64,000 nucleotides of DNA from Octopus vulgaris (GCA_951406725.2 OX597815.1:162998001-163062000); one strand, 5' to 3'; shown: positions 11,773-25,990, counted from the stretch's first letter. The notes: generated by a model not told the origin, from the sequence alone. A program made the numbers and translations.

Positions 11773-11860
11773 TCTTCTTCTTCTTCTTCTTCTTCTTCTT
11801 CTTCTTCTTCTTCTTCTTCTTCTTCTTCTCTTCCTCCTCTCCTCCTCCTTCTCCTCCTTC

Positions 11861-11916
<56 letters not shown>

Positions 11917-12035
11917 ATTATCATCATTGTCATTATTATAAATTTCTTATTTGTTTGCAGTATTTGTGTACTTAATCACAAAATTGGATTTAAAAAAAAA
12001 AAGCAAAACAAACCTAATATTATTTCTTTACATAG

Positions 12036-12154
12036 TTAGACGTATGACGAAGAAATTTGGATTCAAGGAAGTTGGTGAAAATGATGACTGGATACTATAC
12101 TGGACAGATTATTCCGTTGCTCTTGAACGTGTTATGGACATGAAAAGTTATCAA
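12036..12154 (+). CDS. TTLL6: Internal exon of TTLL6/TTLL13-like tubulin polyglutamylase: (V)RRMTKKFGFKEVGENDDWILYWTDYSVALERVMDMKSYQ
   Basis: Acceptor tttctttacatag|, donor |gtgagt; 119 nt, phase 1 start and phase 0 end. The peptide matches the TTLL6/13 motif DDWxLYWTDYSVxLERVMxMKSYQ. TTLL6 and TTLL13 cannot be told apart here. Confidence 0.95.
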
Positions 12155-12396
12155 GTGAGTATTCTTCAGTAAAAGCCATTTATTTATTTAAAACAGCAAT
12201 TATGAAATGAAAGAAAATTAATATTGATTCCTAACATAAGAGTTGATAATTAAATTGGCCTCTAGACATGGTGAGTGTTTATCGTATCTGTCTTAAAATG
12301 ATGAAAGCTAAAGCTAACCTCTGTGCAGTTTGAATCCAAAATGATAACATCAAATGATTATATACTGCAGCATATTTTGTATGATGGTCTAATAAT

Positions 12397-13315
12397 TCTT
12401 TCTACTAAAGGCACAAGGCTTGAAATTTATGGGGAGAGGACAAGTTGATTACCGTAAATCCTCGAGTATAATCCGCATTTTTTTCCCGAAATTTAAAGGT
12501 CAAAATCCCTAGTGTGTACTATATACGAGGTTAAAAATGAAAAATATTTTCTAAGCAATGTCTGAGTCCAGCATTGTTTATTCAGACGCATTTTGTGATG
12601 TCGGGCACGAAAATACCTTAAGCTAAGTCTGAAAGCAATGAAGTCATAAAAGAATCATCCATTACTTGCAGTAAACAACATTTATTAAAATAAAAGTATT
12701 CAGAACACAGAATAACATGTAACAAAAACAATTTGCAAACACATTTACATTCCCATATAACAGTTAAGACCATCACCATTATTGTATTACGCATGCACTG
12801 AAGTGTTTGTTTGACTAGGTGCTTCTGGCTTAATTACGCATGACTCAAGTTAGAGAAGGGGTGCGTATTATACACAAGGTTTTGGTTTTTCAGAAGTACA
12901 GCCCCATAAAAATCCCCTGCGTACTATACTTAAGGGCGGACTATACTCGAGAATTTACAGTACATCAACCCCAGTGTTTCACTGGTACTTAATTTATCGA
13001 CCCTGAAAGAATGAAAGGCAAAGTCGACCTGAATGTGAAGACGGATGAAATACTGCTAACCATTTTACCCAGCGTGCTAATGATTCTGCCAGTTCGTCAC
13101 CATTTCCATAATGATAATAATAATGATAATAATAATCCTTTCTATTAAAAACAAGACCTGAAATTTGGTGTGAGAGGACTAGTCGATTGCATCAACCCTG
13201 AAAGGATGAAAGCAAGGTTGACCTTGGTTGAATTTGATCTCAGAACATAGAGATGGATGAAATGCTGCAAAATGTCTCACTCAGTATGCTAACAATTCTG
13301 CCAGCTTGCCACCTT
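12397..13315 (-). mobile_element. Two SINE family B copies, the first interrupted by a MITE at 12452-12960
   Basis: Reverse-complement core gaaaggatgaaaggcaaagtcgac; the host motif gttgatta|catcaacccc is split by the insertion. Confidence 0.75.
12452..12960. mobile_element. Tc1/mariner-superfamily (pogo/Tc2-like) MITE
   Basis: TIRs CCGTAAATCCTCGAGTATAATCCGC / GCGGACTATACTCGAGAATTTACAG; TA TSD at 12450-51 and 12961-62. Confidence 0.85.
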
Positions 13316-13340
13316 AATATTAACTAATAATAATAATAAT

Positions 13341-13396
<56 letters not shown>

Positions 13397-14179
13397 TAAT
13401 AATAATGTGAACACAACCATTAATGCCATCAATGAGAATAAAAAGGAAAACAAAGACAATGCAAATAATGAAACAAAAAAAAATAGGAAGTAATGGCTAT
13501 GATGAAGGCTAAACCAAATAGAGAGCAGAGCATGTAATAATAGTCTGTGGCTGTTTACTAATCTAAGTGTTAATGTTAAGCAAAGGTAAAAATCAGTTGA
13601 GACATATTTCCTTTGGTTTGGAAAGGATACTTTGATCAGTATGGTGAGATATTTTTATTTTCTTTAGAAGTGAGAGCTGTTTTAATGGCAATTGTTAGCG
13701 CCAATGCATACCATATTTCCAGGCTATAATTTGCTCCGTATTCTTCTTTTTATAACAATTGCTAACTGGTACTAGGTAAAAGACTGAAAGATTAAGAGAA
13801 AATTGGAAAGGAATGATGAAATCAGTAACTAAAGAGTTCTCGTATTTTTCTTTTCATGTTTATTATATTTTCATGTTTTTCACTTTTTTTTTTTTTTACT
13901 TAGAAGCAGATGTTTTGGAAATACATGAATTCTTCTATTTGTTGCCAGTGTAAACTGACTAATATCATAGGAGTTTTTAGTACTTTTAACTGGAGACCTC
14001 ACAGCAGATAGAATAAAATGTAGATGTTGAATTAGAATAAAATGTAGTTGTTGAATTATATCTGGGGAAAGGCAGCAAGGGGTAGCAAATGAGAGTAATG
14101 AGTTTCATAAACTAGAGAATTGTATTCTTTTCTACTCTAGGCACAAGGCCCATCTAGTGAATCGTATTGATTTTTATTT

Positions 14180-14468
14180 TTTTCATGTGCCCTTTTCAAA
14201 CCTAGCCAGGCTCATGGGCTCGGTTTCCCAATTTCTGTGGCGTGTGTGTTCCCCCAAGCTGGACGGGACGCCAGTCCATCGCAGAGTTACTCAAGAAACA
14301 GGAAAAGAGAGTGAGAGAAAGTTGAGGTGAAAGAGTACAACAGGGGTTGCCCCCACTCCCTGCCAGAGCCTTGCGAGCTTTAGCTGTTTTCGCTCAATAA
14401 ACACACACAATGCCCAGTCTGGTAATCGAAACCGTGTTCCTCCGACCGCGAGTCCGCTGCCCTAACCA

Positions 14469-14470
<2 letters not shown>
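14180..14470 (-). mobile_element. tRNA-derived SINE family D (tail ...catgagcctggctagg)
   Basis: Minus-strand head gtggttagggcagcggactcgcgg...gtttcgatta; tail shared with 54715-54966. Confidence 0.7.
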
Positions 14471-14505
<35 letters not shown>

Positions 14506-14766
14506 GGAGTAAACACATAAATGTGAAACAAGGTGGAAAAATAGAGTACTCAAATACCAGTGGTAGAGTTATATGAAACTCAGAGTAACAGATTTTGTTG
14601 AATTTTCTGCTGCTTTAAATAAAGTATATATATATATGTATATATATATATATGTATATATATGTATATATATGTATGTTTATATATGTATATATATGTA
14701 TGTGTATATATATATATATATATATATAGTGTGTGTGTGTGTGTCATAAGTATATATATACATATA

Positions 14767-14834
<68 letters not shown>

Positions 14835-17089
14835 ATAGGCTTATGAAATTCACTTACAAGTCTTTGGTCAGCCTGAGGCTATAGTAGTAAAAGAGATTTT
14901 CCCAAGATCCCATGCAATGGGATTGAACCTGAAACCATGTGGTTGGGAAGCAAACTTCTTACCACACAGCCATGCCTGTGCCTGCATGTATATGTGCATT
15001 TTCTAGTGCTCAGGGTAGGTGCTTAAGGCACAACACCAGCTATTTTGGAGAGTCAATACCATTGACCTCAGTTCTTGACTAGTATTTTATTTTCCTGATT
15101 CCAAAATGTTATTCTTGGTAAGATTTGAATTCGAAACATAATGAGCTAGAATGAATGTAATTAATCCATTTTTCTAATGCTTTAATGATTTGGGCAATCC
15201 ACTGTGTCTATGATATACATATCTTTTCTTTTTATAGTGAAAGGATTGGGAAAACCATTCCAGTGTAATAGTCTTTAGAATTATTGTATGAAGATCAGTT
15301 CTTCTGCAGTACCCTCAATGACAACAGCAACAACAACAACAAAACCAACAATTACAACAACAACAACAGGGTTATGGGACCCTCTGAGATATGCTTTAAT
15401 TAATCAGTTTTTATTTTTTTCATTGTCTTCACATAGGAGGTTTGCATTTGTTTGAAAATAACCATGGTGTGTCGGAAGTGAAATTTTGTCTGTGTTTAGA
15501 GAGAGACTGACTAATAATTCTAAGTAAAGACCAAAGAGACTTAATTACATTAAAATTGACTTAAGCTTTGAAGCTGGTGGCCAATTACCTTTCTAACATG
15601 ATCACAGATTGCTCAACAGTGCATTATAAATGGATAGGTTTAATTAGATATTGATGGAGTAATGTTTGAATGTATTTATTCAATTTTCTTTCTTTTTTTC
15701 TTTTTCTTTTTTTTTTCAATTAAACGGCTACATACTTTCTCTCTGGTCTTTTGGTTCCATTTCAAAGTATAGATAATGCCAGTTATTAGTAGTTTAGTTG
15801 ATAGTACACAATGTGTAGCTACATCGGGTTAGTACATTGCCCTCATCCATTCACTATTTTCAGTTATATAGCCTTAGATACTGGTGTTTACATTGTTCAC
15901 TCCTTTTTCTCTCTCTCTCTCTCTCTCCTTCTCTCTTACTGTCTTCTCTCTCTCTCTTTCTCTCTCTCTCATACACATTTCATTGGTCTTTGAGAATAAT
16001 TCAGAAGTACAAATACTCCAGGCCAGAAACTACTTTCCAGAAATAACTTCATGTTGTCGTCCATCTATTGCGATTTGCTTTCAACAAAGAACCTATACGA
16101 TAAATATATATGATGCGCAAACACACACGCGCACACACACACACACACACACAGACACACACACACACACACATACCAATAATAGCAGCGTGTGTTAGTG
16201 TATTGTCTACTACAGTGTGTTACTGTTCTTTGTTTAGTATACTGTATTTGTATATTGTTAGTTTAATGTTTGTTATAGTGTGTTAGTATACTTTTTGGTA
16301 CACTGAATTAGAATACAGTATTAGTGAAGTGCCTAACATACTAATGCTGTAATGAATTATACTTTTCGGTAAGTTGTGTAAGCATACTAGTATTGAACTA
16401 TTTAGTGTTCACATATTGTTCGATATTTTCTATTAGACTGTGTTATAATGTTAAATATATTCCTTATTATATACTGTATTAGAACTCTTTCTGATTTTGG
16501 CACAAAGCCAGCAGTTTTGAGGAGAGTGTTTTAGTCAATGACATTGATCCCAGTTCTTGCCAAGTATTTTCTTTTCAACCCCTGGAGAGATGAAAGACAA
16601 GTTTGACCTCAGCAAGATTTGAACTCAGAATATAAAGAGCCAGAAAGCACCTTTAAGTCCTTTCTCTTGTGCTGTAAAAACTCTGCCAGCTCGTCACCCT
16701 GTATGAGAACGCTATATTAATGAAATGACTAAGGCGGTGAGCTGGCAGAATTGTTAGCAGGCCAGGCAAAATGCTTAGCGATATTTTGTCCATCTTGGCG
16801 ATCTGAGTTCAAATTCCACCAAGGTTGCCTTTGCCTTTCATCCTCTCAAGGTCAATTTATTTTATTGACTTTGAGAGTCAATTTATTAACCAGTTGAGTA
16901 CTGGCTTCGATGTAATCGACTTTTCCCCTCCCCTGAAATTGGTGGCCTTGTGCCAAAATTTGAAATCAATATTAATGTAATGACTGGTATTTAGTATACT
17001 GTTTAGAAGAGTGCATTAGTACCCTTTATATAATTTGTTAGTATATATACTAACTGAATAGATACTGTTATGAAGAAGTGCTGCTCACT

Positions 17090-17503
17090 AACTGTGGAGG
17101 GATTCTGTGGAAGAGATAGACGTAGGAAGACATGGGACAAGGTAGTGAAATATGATCTTCAGGTGTTGGCTCTCACAGAGGTGATGACAAGTGACTGAAA
17201 CCTTTGATGATTTGCTGTGCTTGTGATGATGCATCAAGCTAAGTGAAATTGTAGTTGTGGCTAGTGCAGGTGACATGTAAAAGGCACCTGTTCCAGTGAT
17301 GCAAAACGGCAGTTGTGCCAGTGACATGTAGAAGGCACCTGATACACTCTGTGGAATGGTTGGTGTCAGGAAGGGCATCTGGCCATAGAAACCAAGTTAA
17401 AACTTACTGGAGCCTGGTGCATCCTTCCAGCTTACCAGTTCCAGTCAAGCTGTCTAACCTGTGCCAGCATGGGAAACATACATTAAACGATGATGATGAT
17501 GAT
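17090..17503 (+). mobile_element. SINE-like family C
   Basis: Units gtgacatgtaaaaggcacc, then tail caggaagggcatc...gccagcatgg...(GAT)n. Confidence 0.75.
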
Positions 17504-17517
17504 ATATATTCTGTTAA

Positions 17518-17933
17518 GGCAGCAAGCTGGCAGAAATGTTTGCACGCCGGGCAAAATGCGTAGCCGTATTTTGTCTGCTGCTACGTTCTGAGTTCAAATT
17601 CCGCCGAGGTCAACTTTGCCTTTCATCCTTTCGGGGTCGATAAATTAAGTACCAGTTACGCACTGAGGTCTATATAATCAACTTAATCCCTTTGTTTGTC
17701 CTTGTTTGTCCTCTCTGTGTTTAGCCCCTTGTGGGTAGTAAAGAAATAGGTATTTCGTCTGCCGTTACGTTCTGAGTTCAAATTCTGCCAAGGTTGACTT
17801 TGCCTTTCATCCTTTTGGGGTCGATTAAATAAGTACCAGTTGTGCACTGGAGTCGATGTAATCGACTTAATCCCTTTGTCTGTCCTTGTTTGTCCTCTCT
17901 GTGTTTAGCCCCTTGTGGGTAGTAAAGAAATAA
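17518..17933 (+). mobile_element. SINE family B dimer (full copy plus 5'-truncated copy)
   Basis: About 190 bp repeated head to tail; flanked by tatattctgtta / tatattttctgtta as a putative TSD. Confidence 0.8.
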
Positions 17934-19135
17934 GTATATTTTCTGTTAGTATACTTTGTTTTTAATACAGTGTGTGAATACTTTATTTGATATACTTTAT
18001 TATTCTAATTTAATGAAGCAGCAGCAACAACCAAGACAAAGTCTAGTATAAAGACTCATATTTATCTTCTGTGTCTCTGTCTTTTTGAGGGTAATTATTA
18101 TTGTAGATTTTCAAAACAAATTGGTATATTTTTTTTCATCTTAGAACTATTACTCAGCAAAGTGAAATTGTTAATGTGATGTGTCATGTGTGATGTTTTG
18201 TGATTATTGATAGAATTGTTATACTTGGGTAACCCCTGGTCTTTGCTCATTGGGCAGTTTTCATTAAACTCTGAGGAGGCTAATAATGGCCTTTATCAAA
18301 ACCACATATAGTTTTTGTATGAGCTGTTTAAATAGGGAATATATTGGTTTGCCATGTGGAAGCAGTAAAGTATAATGTTTCAGGCAAGGAAATTCATTGG
18401 AGAAAAAGAGAGAGAGAAAGGGGTGTCTTTTTTACAGTATAGATTTGGAAGAATGTGAGAGGAAGAGAGACATGGGTGAGAAAGAAAAGGTAAGAAAAAG
18501 AGAGGGAGTGAAAGAGAAATGAGAGAGAAGAGTGAAAGAAAGATGGAGAATACTGAATAAGGGAAAGGGAATTAGCATGCTGCTAGTTGACCAAGCAACC
18601 TGGCACAATTCACATCTCTTGTTTGCAACACACCATCTTTTACTATCTAGCTGAAAAACTATATATTGCACCCTTCAATCTGCAGTGACAAATAATATGA
18701 TCTGCAATATGATATGAAACATCTAGGCTGTTGTTTGGCCAACTTGTTTTACCTGCCAAATTTCCTTAACTTTTTTACCCCATCATCTTAAAAACTAATT
18801 CTTTCTATTATACTACAGGCACAAGGCCTGAAGTTTTGGTGGAGAGGGCTAGTCAATTGCACTGACCCTGATACTCAACTGATGAATATTTTAATGACCC
18901 TGAAAGAATGAAAGGCAAAGTCGGCCTCAGTGGAGTTTGAACTGAGAAGGTTAAGTTAGAAGAAAGGCCAATGAGTATTTTGTTCAGCATGCTTATGATT
19001 CTGCCTTTGTCAAGTATATCTTAGGCCTGCAAGTACCCAGCCAAGTGATTGGGTATTATCCAAATATCTGTTTCCCCAGTTATGTGATGCTTCTAACTGA
19101 AGGAGCTTCTTTGTGGTTGTTTGATGTCCTGTTAA

Positions 19136-19355
19136 CCCTTTCGTTACTGTATTTATTTTGAGATGCTCTGTGTTTCTTTCAGTTACTTTAAATATAACAA
19201 AGAATTTACTAAAATAACTTAGTTATCATTCAGCTAGTGTTAGGAACATAAATTGTGACTAAAGTTTTGTGGAAGATTTCAATTCAAAACTTACGAAAAC
19301 AAGACATTTGTACTCAGAGCCAGAGCCGGTTTCAGTCGGGTTGGTAATGAAAGGG
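19136..19355. mobile_element. piggyBac-type MITE
   Basis: TTAA|CCCTTTCGTTAC ... GTAATGAAAGGG|TTAA. Confidence 0.85.
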
Positions 19356-22300
19356 TTAAAGATAGTATGTTAGTATGTTGTGTAGTGGAGGATCAGAACT
19401 TAGTGGTTAGGGTGTTGGACAGATGATCATAAGATAGCGGTTTGATTCTTAGACTGGGTAATGCGTTGTGTTCTTGAGCAAAACACTTCATTTCATCTGG
19501 CAAAAATGGGTAATCCTGCAATAGTCTGGTGTCTTGTTCTGGTGGGTAATATATACCCCATAGAAACTGGGAAACCAGCTCTTATGTATCAGCATGATTC
19601 TAGAAAGGGACTAAACTATGTTGTGTCAGAATACCAGTTTGTGTATTAATGAACATTAAGACCTGAGGAGCTTAGTAACAACTTTGAGCCCACTGGTAGA
19701 ATTTGTATAAGCAATTTAACAAGAGAATAAATTGGTTTGTCTTAGGAAAGAGTCAAGGTCTAATGTCTTTGGGAGGATCCTTCATTAAAGAGAAATATCT
19801 TTTCCATGGTGTAGATAAGGAAGAATAGAAAAGACAGATAGGCAGAGAGACAAATAAATAGATGAACAGAGAGAGAGTGGTGTATAAGGGAAGGGTATTG
19901 AAACACATGTAGGTAGAGTTACAATTCTCATAATGGGGAGATAATTTGTTGTTATTGGGAGATAATCAACAAGAAAACTGGAAAACAAGCAAGGTGAAAA
20001 TCAGAAGATGAGGATAACAAATTTGAAAAGTTTGGTAGGTGGGTAGTTAAAGTCAGTATAAGGAGAATTAATTGCCCATGAAGTATCTCTTTTCTCCATG
20101 GTCCTTGACCTCATTATTGAATCTAGTAACCTTGATGATCTCTCTGTCTGTATGGTTTGGCATATCCTAGAGTGTGGTCATTTCTTCATTGCCTGTGACC
20201 TTTTCAACTGAATGTCTATACCAACTCTTTCCTGTCTGTATTTTATTAAGTCAGCATAATTTTCAGTGTACAGAAACCCCAATTCTGCCATTAATATTGT
20301 TTTTAAATGTTACAGCGGTAATGAAATTCACTGAATCTAAGAATGTACAAGAATATAAGTACGATAGACTGAGAGACATAAACTCCAGTTGACTTATTGT
20401 TGAAGAAGTGTGCCTCCAAAAGTTAAGTTACACTCTGCTAGTAGATTGTTCAGGCATTAAACTTCTTCCTTTAGTATAACCTGTATAAGATGAAAGAAAT
20501 TATAGTAATATGCTTTAAGAACTCAGCTATAATTGAAGCTAAAGCACATATCTGCAGTGGGAGCATTTATAATCCATGTACAATCAGACACATTCACATA
20601 TAATCTCAGTGTATATTTTAAAAGCTGCTTTTCATTAAAATAAAATGTACAGCTTTATCACTTGTTGATACTTTTACTGTTTATATTAACTGTTTTCATA
20701 TATTTATACATTTCATATGTTTCATTGGCAATTGAAAGCTATAAAAACCAATATAATTCCATTGCTAGTATTTCACATGTCAATCCACATTACAAAGATT
20801 TTGTTGGATGCAACAAGTTTAACGACAGAAAAGTATTGCTTGCTTGTATTTATTTTTCTTTTACAAAAGTGTTTGGAACTGCATGAAAATGAATTGGTAG
20901 CTAGGTTTCCCATCTGTTATGTTCAGTTTTGCCTTTTCTGATTTTTTCCTCTATGTCTGGGTTTTAACATAGAAAAAAACAAAATCACACACACTATTAA
21001 CTGAGAGATGCACATTGCTTTAAACTTGAGAGAAAATAATTTTTTAAAAGTTTGTATTTATAAAACTGTTTAAAATTAAAGTAGATAAAGCTTAACGGGA
21101 ACTATCTTTGTTAATTTGCATATAATATTCATCAACAGAAAAGCAGTTGAATAACGCAGAAAGTGAACATAAGCACCAAATACTTCCATGGAGCAGAAAT
21201 GTTAATAAAGTTGAAATGCATAACATATGACATTTAGAAACCAATCTCCATCAGGAGATATTCAAGTATAACCTAACCACTTTGCTGCACTTAATGATAG
21301 ATTTCAAACACTTTCAGAATACAGTGTACTTCACAAATTTAAACTATTCAACAAAAGTCGGCAATTTGCTAGGAATAAATATGATGAACTTAACAAAATT
21401 TTCCAATTATGAATCTGCTGAAATTGTTCATGGAAAATTTAGCATCAGTTTAGATACGACCGTTACCAGAACTTTATGAAAGAAAATTGAATTTGCATAC
21501 ATTTCTGAGCAATAGAATTTATTGGGCAATTTACACTGAAAGAGAGAGTCTGTGGATCAATCAGTGATTAACTGCATTTTTAAGGAAGCATGCAACAGAG
21601 GTATACAAACTTGAATTTAAATGCACAATTCAAGTGCACAAACTTGAGATTTTAAATGTTCGTATTGAAATATTATCTCAGATTATTCAAACTATAGCTA
21701 CCGAAGAATGTCCCAGATACTTTTGGCTGGAGTTAAGAAACTGTTATCCAGCCTTGACATCAGAGATAATGTATGCAGGTATGAAGGCAGAAACATTTCT
21801 CTTAAGGTGTAGCCTGTGGGGTAGTTGGTGTTAGGAAGGGCATCTAGATGTAACAACCATGCTAAAACAGCAGACAGAGCAGTCTGGTGTGGTCTTCTAC
21901 TTGGCTGTCTCCTATCAAACTGTCCAACCTATGCCAGCATAGAAGGCCAACATTAAATGATGACGACGACAATGACGATGCCAACAACGACAATGACGAC
22001 AACGATGACGACGATGATGACGATGATGATTTATCTTTATCACCTGCAATGATCTCGATAACATTGATGTTGATTGGATCAAGTGTTCACTCAAGATGGA
22101 CCCAGTCTATGATGCAGTTAGACTTGTACTCTATAGACACTGGCTCTTTCCACTTTGTTTAGATATGGTTTATATAGCATGCTAAGCCTACATTTACCTA
22201 GAGTGCACAGGACAAATCCATCTCATGAGATACTTTTCCCAGTATCTGATGAGATGGGTTTGTCCTATGTACATCATCATCATCATCGTTTAACATCCGT

Positions 22301-23102
22301 TTTCCATGTTAGCATTGGTTGGACAGTTCGACTGGGGTCTGGGAAGCCAGGAGGCTGCACGAGGCTCCAGTCTGATCTGGCATTGTTTCTACAGCTGGAT
22401 TCCCTTCCTAACGCCAACCACTCCATGAGTGTATATCTATATCTATCTGTCTATCAATATGTATGTCTGTTTTATGTGGCACCAGTTCTCACACCAATGC
22501 TTTTTACATGGTGCCTTAATTTTAAAGTCTCAATTATGTTATGGTGGGTGGATATTCTTGAGTACAGCAACATGCCCCATATCTCAGTTCTCTGTCATCC
22601 CCTTCATAAGGTTCAGTGTTTTGAGATTGCCCTATATATATTATGGACATTTGACTTACATTTGCTTGCTGTGTTTGGTGACATACACACAATCTAAGGT
22701 GTCTTGTTCATACTTAGCTTGCAATCTTCAAAGCGTTGTATGTTTTATTTCTTTGATAAAGCCATTGCATATTTTGGGCTCAAACGATTATCCTTGAGTC
22801 AACTGCAGGCTAACTTTCACCTGCTGATCTTAGCATAGATAGTAGGCAGCACTCACGTAAGCTATGCTTTACAGACATTACAAAATTATGTATGAGAATG
22901 AAGGGAAGCTGACCTTGTCAAATTAGTGATAGGGGAAGAAGATATAACAGAAAGTGCCTTTGATGGATCTTCCAAGAAGCTAGTTTTGCATCTGTGTATG
23001 CTAAAGTTAGTTGTAAACTTCTGGTTCTGACATGCAAGCACATGATCACAAACTTAAAATGTGCTGTAATTATACCCATTGTAGTTTGTTTGATCAATGA
23101 AG

Positions 23103-23430
23103 ACACATGGCTCAGTGCTTAGAGTGTCAAGCTCACAATCATGAGGTAGTGAGTTCTATTCCCGAACAGGGCTGTGTGTTGTGTTCTTGAGCAAGACACT
23201 TTATTTCACATTGCTCCTGTTCACTCAGCTGTAGAAATGGGCTGCAATGATACGAGTGCCAAGCTGTATCAGCTTTGGCCTTTGCTTTGAATAACATCAG
23301 CGGCATGGAGAGGAGAGGCTGACTGCTGATCTTCCGCAGGCAACCTTGCCTGGACTTGTGCCATGGAAGGGAACTTTCTAGGTGCAATTCCATGGTCATT
23401 TATGACTGACAGGAGGTCTTTATCCTTTAC
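23103..23430 (+). mobile_element. tRNA-derived SINE family D (tail ...ccatggtcattcatgac)
   Basis: Head catggctcagtg.ttagagtg and core gtgttcttgagcaagacact; homologous to 32230-32556 (-) and 34935-35245 (+). Confidence 0.75.
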
Positions 23431-24334
23431 TTTTGTTGTTTAACCTCAGGTCAACTTTTACTCAGCAAATCTATGGTTAAAGCGTTTATAGCCATAAACA
23501 TTTTTCATTATTTCAAGCAATAGTACACCAAGGACCACAATATTCAGGGTTTGTTTTTTTGTTTTTTTTAAATGTAGAGTTTGAATTGAGAGTCAATCAT
23601 CACCACCACCACTGCCACCACCACATCTATCACCGCCACTACTACCATCACCACCATCCTCCCCCTCCTTATCATCAGCAGCAGCAACAGCAGCAGTTAG
23701 GGGAATGGATCAGTAGAATCCAATCGTCTGATAAAAACAAAAACAAAGGATCAAAGGGCCTTTCCAAGCCATAGTCTCATAAGGTCAGTCTCCCCACCCC
23801 CAGAATTCTGCAGCATATATCTACCTCCACTCCTTCCAGATAGGATGACAGTCTGTTGTATGATTACTCATTTCTGCAAGTTGAGTAAAATGGGGTAACG
23901 TGAAATGAAATGTTTTGCTCAAAAACGCAACACATCACCTGGTCCAGGAACTGAAACCACAATCTTACAATCATGAGTGCAACACCTCCAACCACCAAGC
24001 CACACACCTCCATGTAATTATTAGAGCAGCAGACAAAATGCCATGCCATATTTATTCCACAAATTTCTAGGAAGGTGAAACAGCTGCATAAGAGCAGAGT
24101 TTTTTTGTTTTTTTTTTATCTATTACTGAAATGTCTTTCAATTTAGAGCATACTGAAACAAGGTGTTAAAAGTATTAAAGCAGCACACAAATAGCTTTTT
24201 CAAGAGATTAATATTTTATATATATAAAAGAGAAATGAGTATTAAAATTGTTTTGAAACAGGGATGGGCTTGTACATTGCACTTTGCTGCAAGAATATAC
24301 ACATGCATCAATGTAGTGCATCAAAAATACTTAA

Positions 24335-24584
24335 TCTGTTGTGTCTGGGGGGAGTCATTTTCTTTTTGTGCCTTATATTTTAACACACTCGCCGTTAAAT
24401 TTCCACTTATTTCTTATTTTTATTTTCCTAAAATTTTCGTTGTGCCTTGCAACCTTTTCAATAGACTTTTAGGAAAATAAAAATTTTAGGAAAATAAAAA
24501 TAAGAAATAAGTGGAAATTTTTTCCAGTGAGTGTGTCAAATTATAAGGCACAAAAAGAAAATGACTCTCCCCAGAGACAACAGA
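24335..24584. repeat. Fold-back inverted repeat with ~100-bp arms
   Basis: ggagtcattttctttttgtgccttata / tataaggcacaaaaagaaaatgactc. Confidence 0.85.
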
Positions 24585-25429
24585 ATATGCTTCAACACAC
24601 AAACTCATATAAAGAATCCTGCAAACCAAATCCAAAAACGAAAAATACCTAAGTTATCTAAAAATCCTGTCATTTTCCAGCTAGTCTCCAAATCTCATGA
24701 CACACCTGTGAACTATACATGATACAAAATTGTGCCCCATCAGAAATGGTTGAAAGCATTTAGGGTAGGATTCCTTTACTGTGTGGTCTTGTGTTGCTAT
24801 GTAATACTCATACTTTTTTCTGGTTCACTTTACTTTGGAGTTATAAGTGACTTACCAACCATAAACCAATTTAATTTGGGGATGAGTTACGCTGTCGTAA
24901 TAATACTTAAGTAAATGTATGTATTTTGTTACGTATGCAGGCCGTGTGTTGGAATTGTTGCAGTTAGGTGTGTGAGTGCACGTGATTTGAGTGTGTGAAT
25001 GGAAGCGCTGTGTTTTGATTTATGCATGCAGTGTGAATGGGAGGCGCTGATCTAGGAAGAAGTGGTGAAGTCATACAGGAATCTGTACGGAGAACCTAGA
25101 AAAAAAACAAAAAAACAAAAAAGAAAAGGAAGGGGAAAAAGAACTACTACTACTACTGCTGCTGCCACCACCACTACTATCACTGCTGCTGTTGCTTGTA
25201 ATGATGATGATGATGATGATGATCTTTTCTTTGTTAATCATAAGGGCTCATAGAGATACAAAATGTATAAACTTTTCATAAGGGGTTACAAGGAAAGAAT
25301 AATATGCTGTGTGAAAAAAAAAAACACTTATGAACTATGAAAGGAGAGGATTCAGAGATATTATGCAATATATGTATTAAGAATTTTAAAGATGCACATA
25401 TGCACACAAACACACTTACACACACATAG

Positions 25430-25467
<38 letters not shown>

Positions 25468-25759
25468 TTTTAAAGTCTGTTTTTCGTGCTGGCATGGATT
25501 GAATGGTTTGACAGGAACTGGTAAGGCTGAGGGTTGCATAAGGCTCCATTGTCTGTTATGGCATTGTTTCTACACTGGATGCCCATCCAAATGCCAAGCA
25601 CTTTACCAAGTGTACTGAGTGCTACACATACATTCATACATACATACATATCAAATTAAGCTATCCTCCTGTGCCCCAGTGACAATCTTCTACCCGTTTA
25701 ATGTGGGTGGTCCTATAGATCACTTCAACTATAGTGAAGTTTATCATTTAAATATACAT

Positions 25760-25931
25760 GACATAGGAGTGGCTGCATGGTAAGTAGCTTGCTTACAAAC
25801 TACATGGTTCTGGGTTCAGTCCCATTGCATGGCACCTTGGGCAGGTGTCTTAAGTGTCTTCTACTATAGCCTCAGGCCAACCAAAGCCTTGTGAGTTGAT
25901 TTGGTTGACGGAAACTGAAAGAAGCCCGTCG

Positions 25932-25990
<59 letters not shown>

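Noticed and set aside
21180-21834. Short ORFs faintly resembling a retrotransposon gag
   Set aside because: No motif I can support without a profile search.
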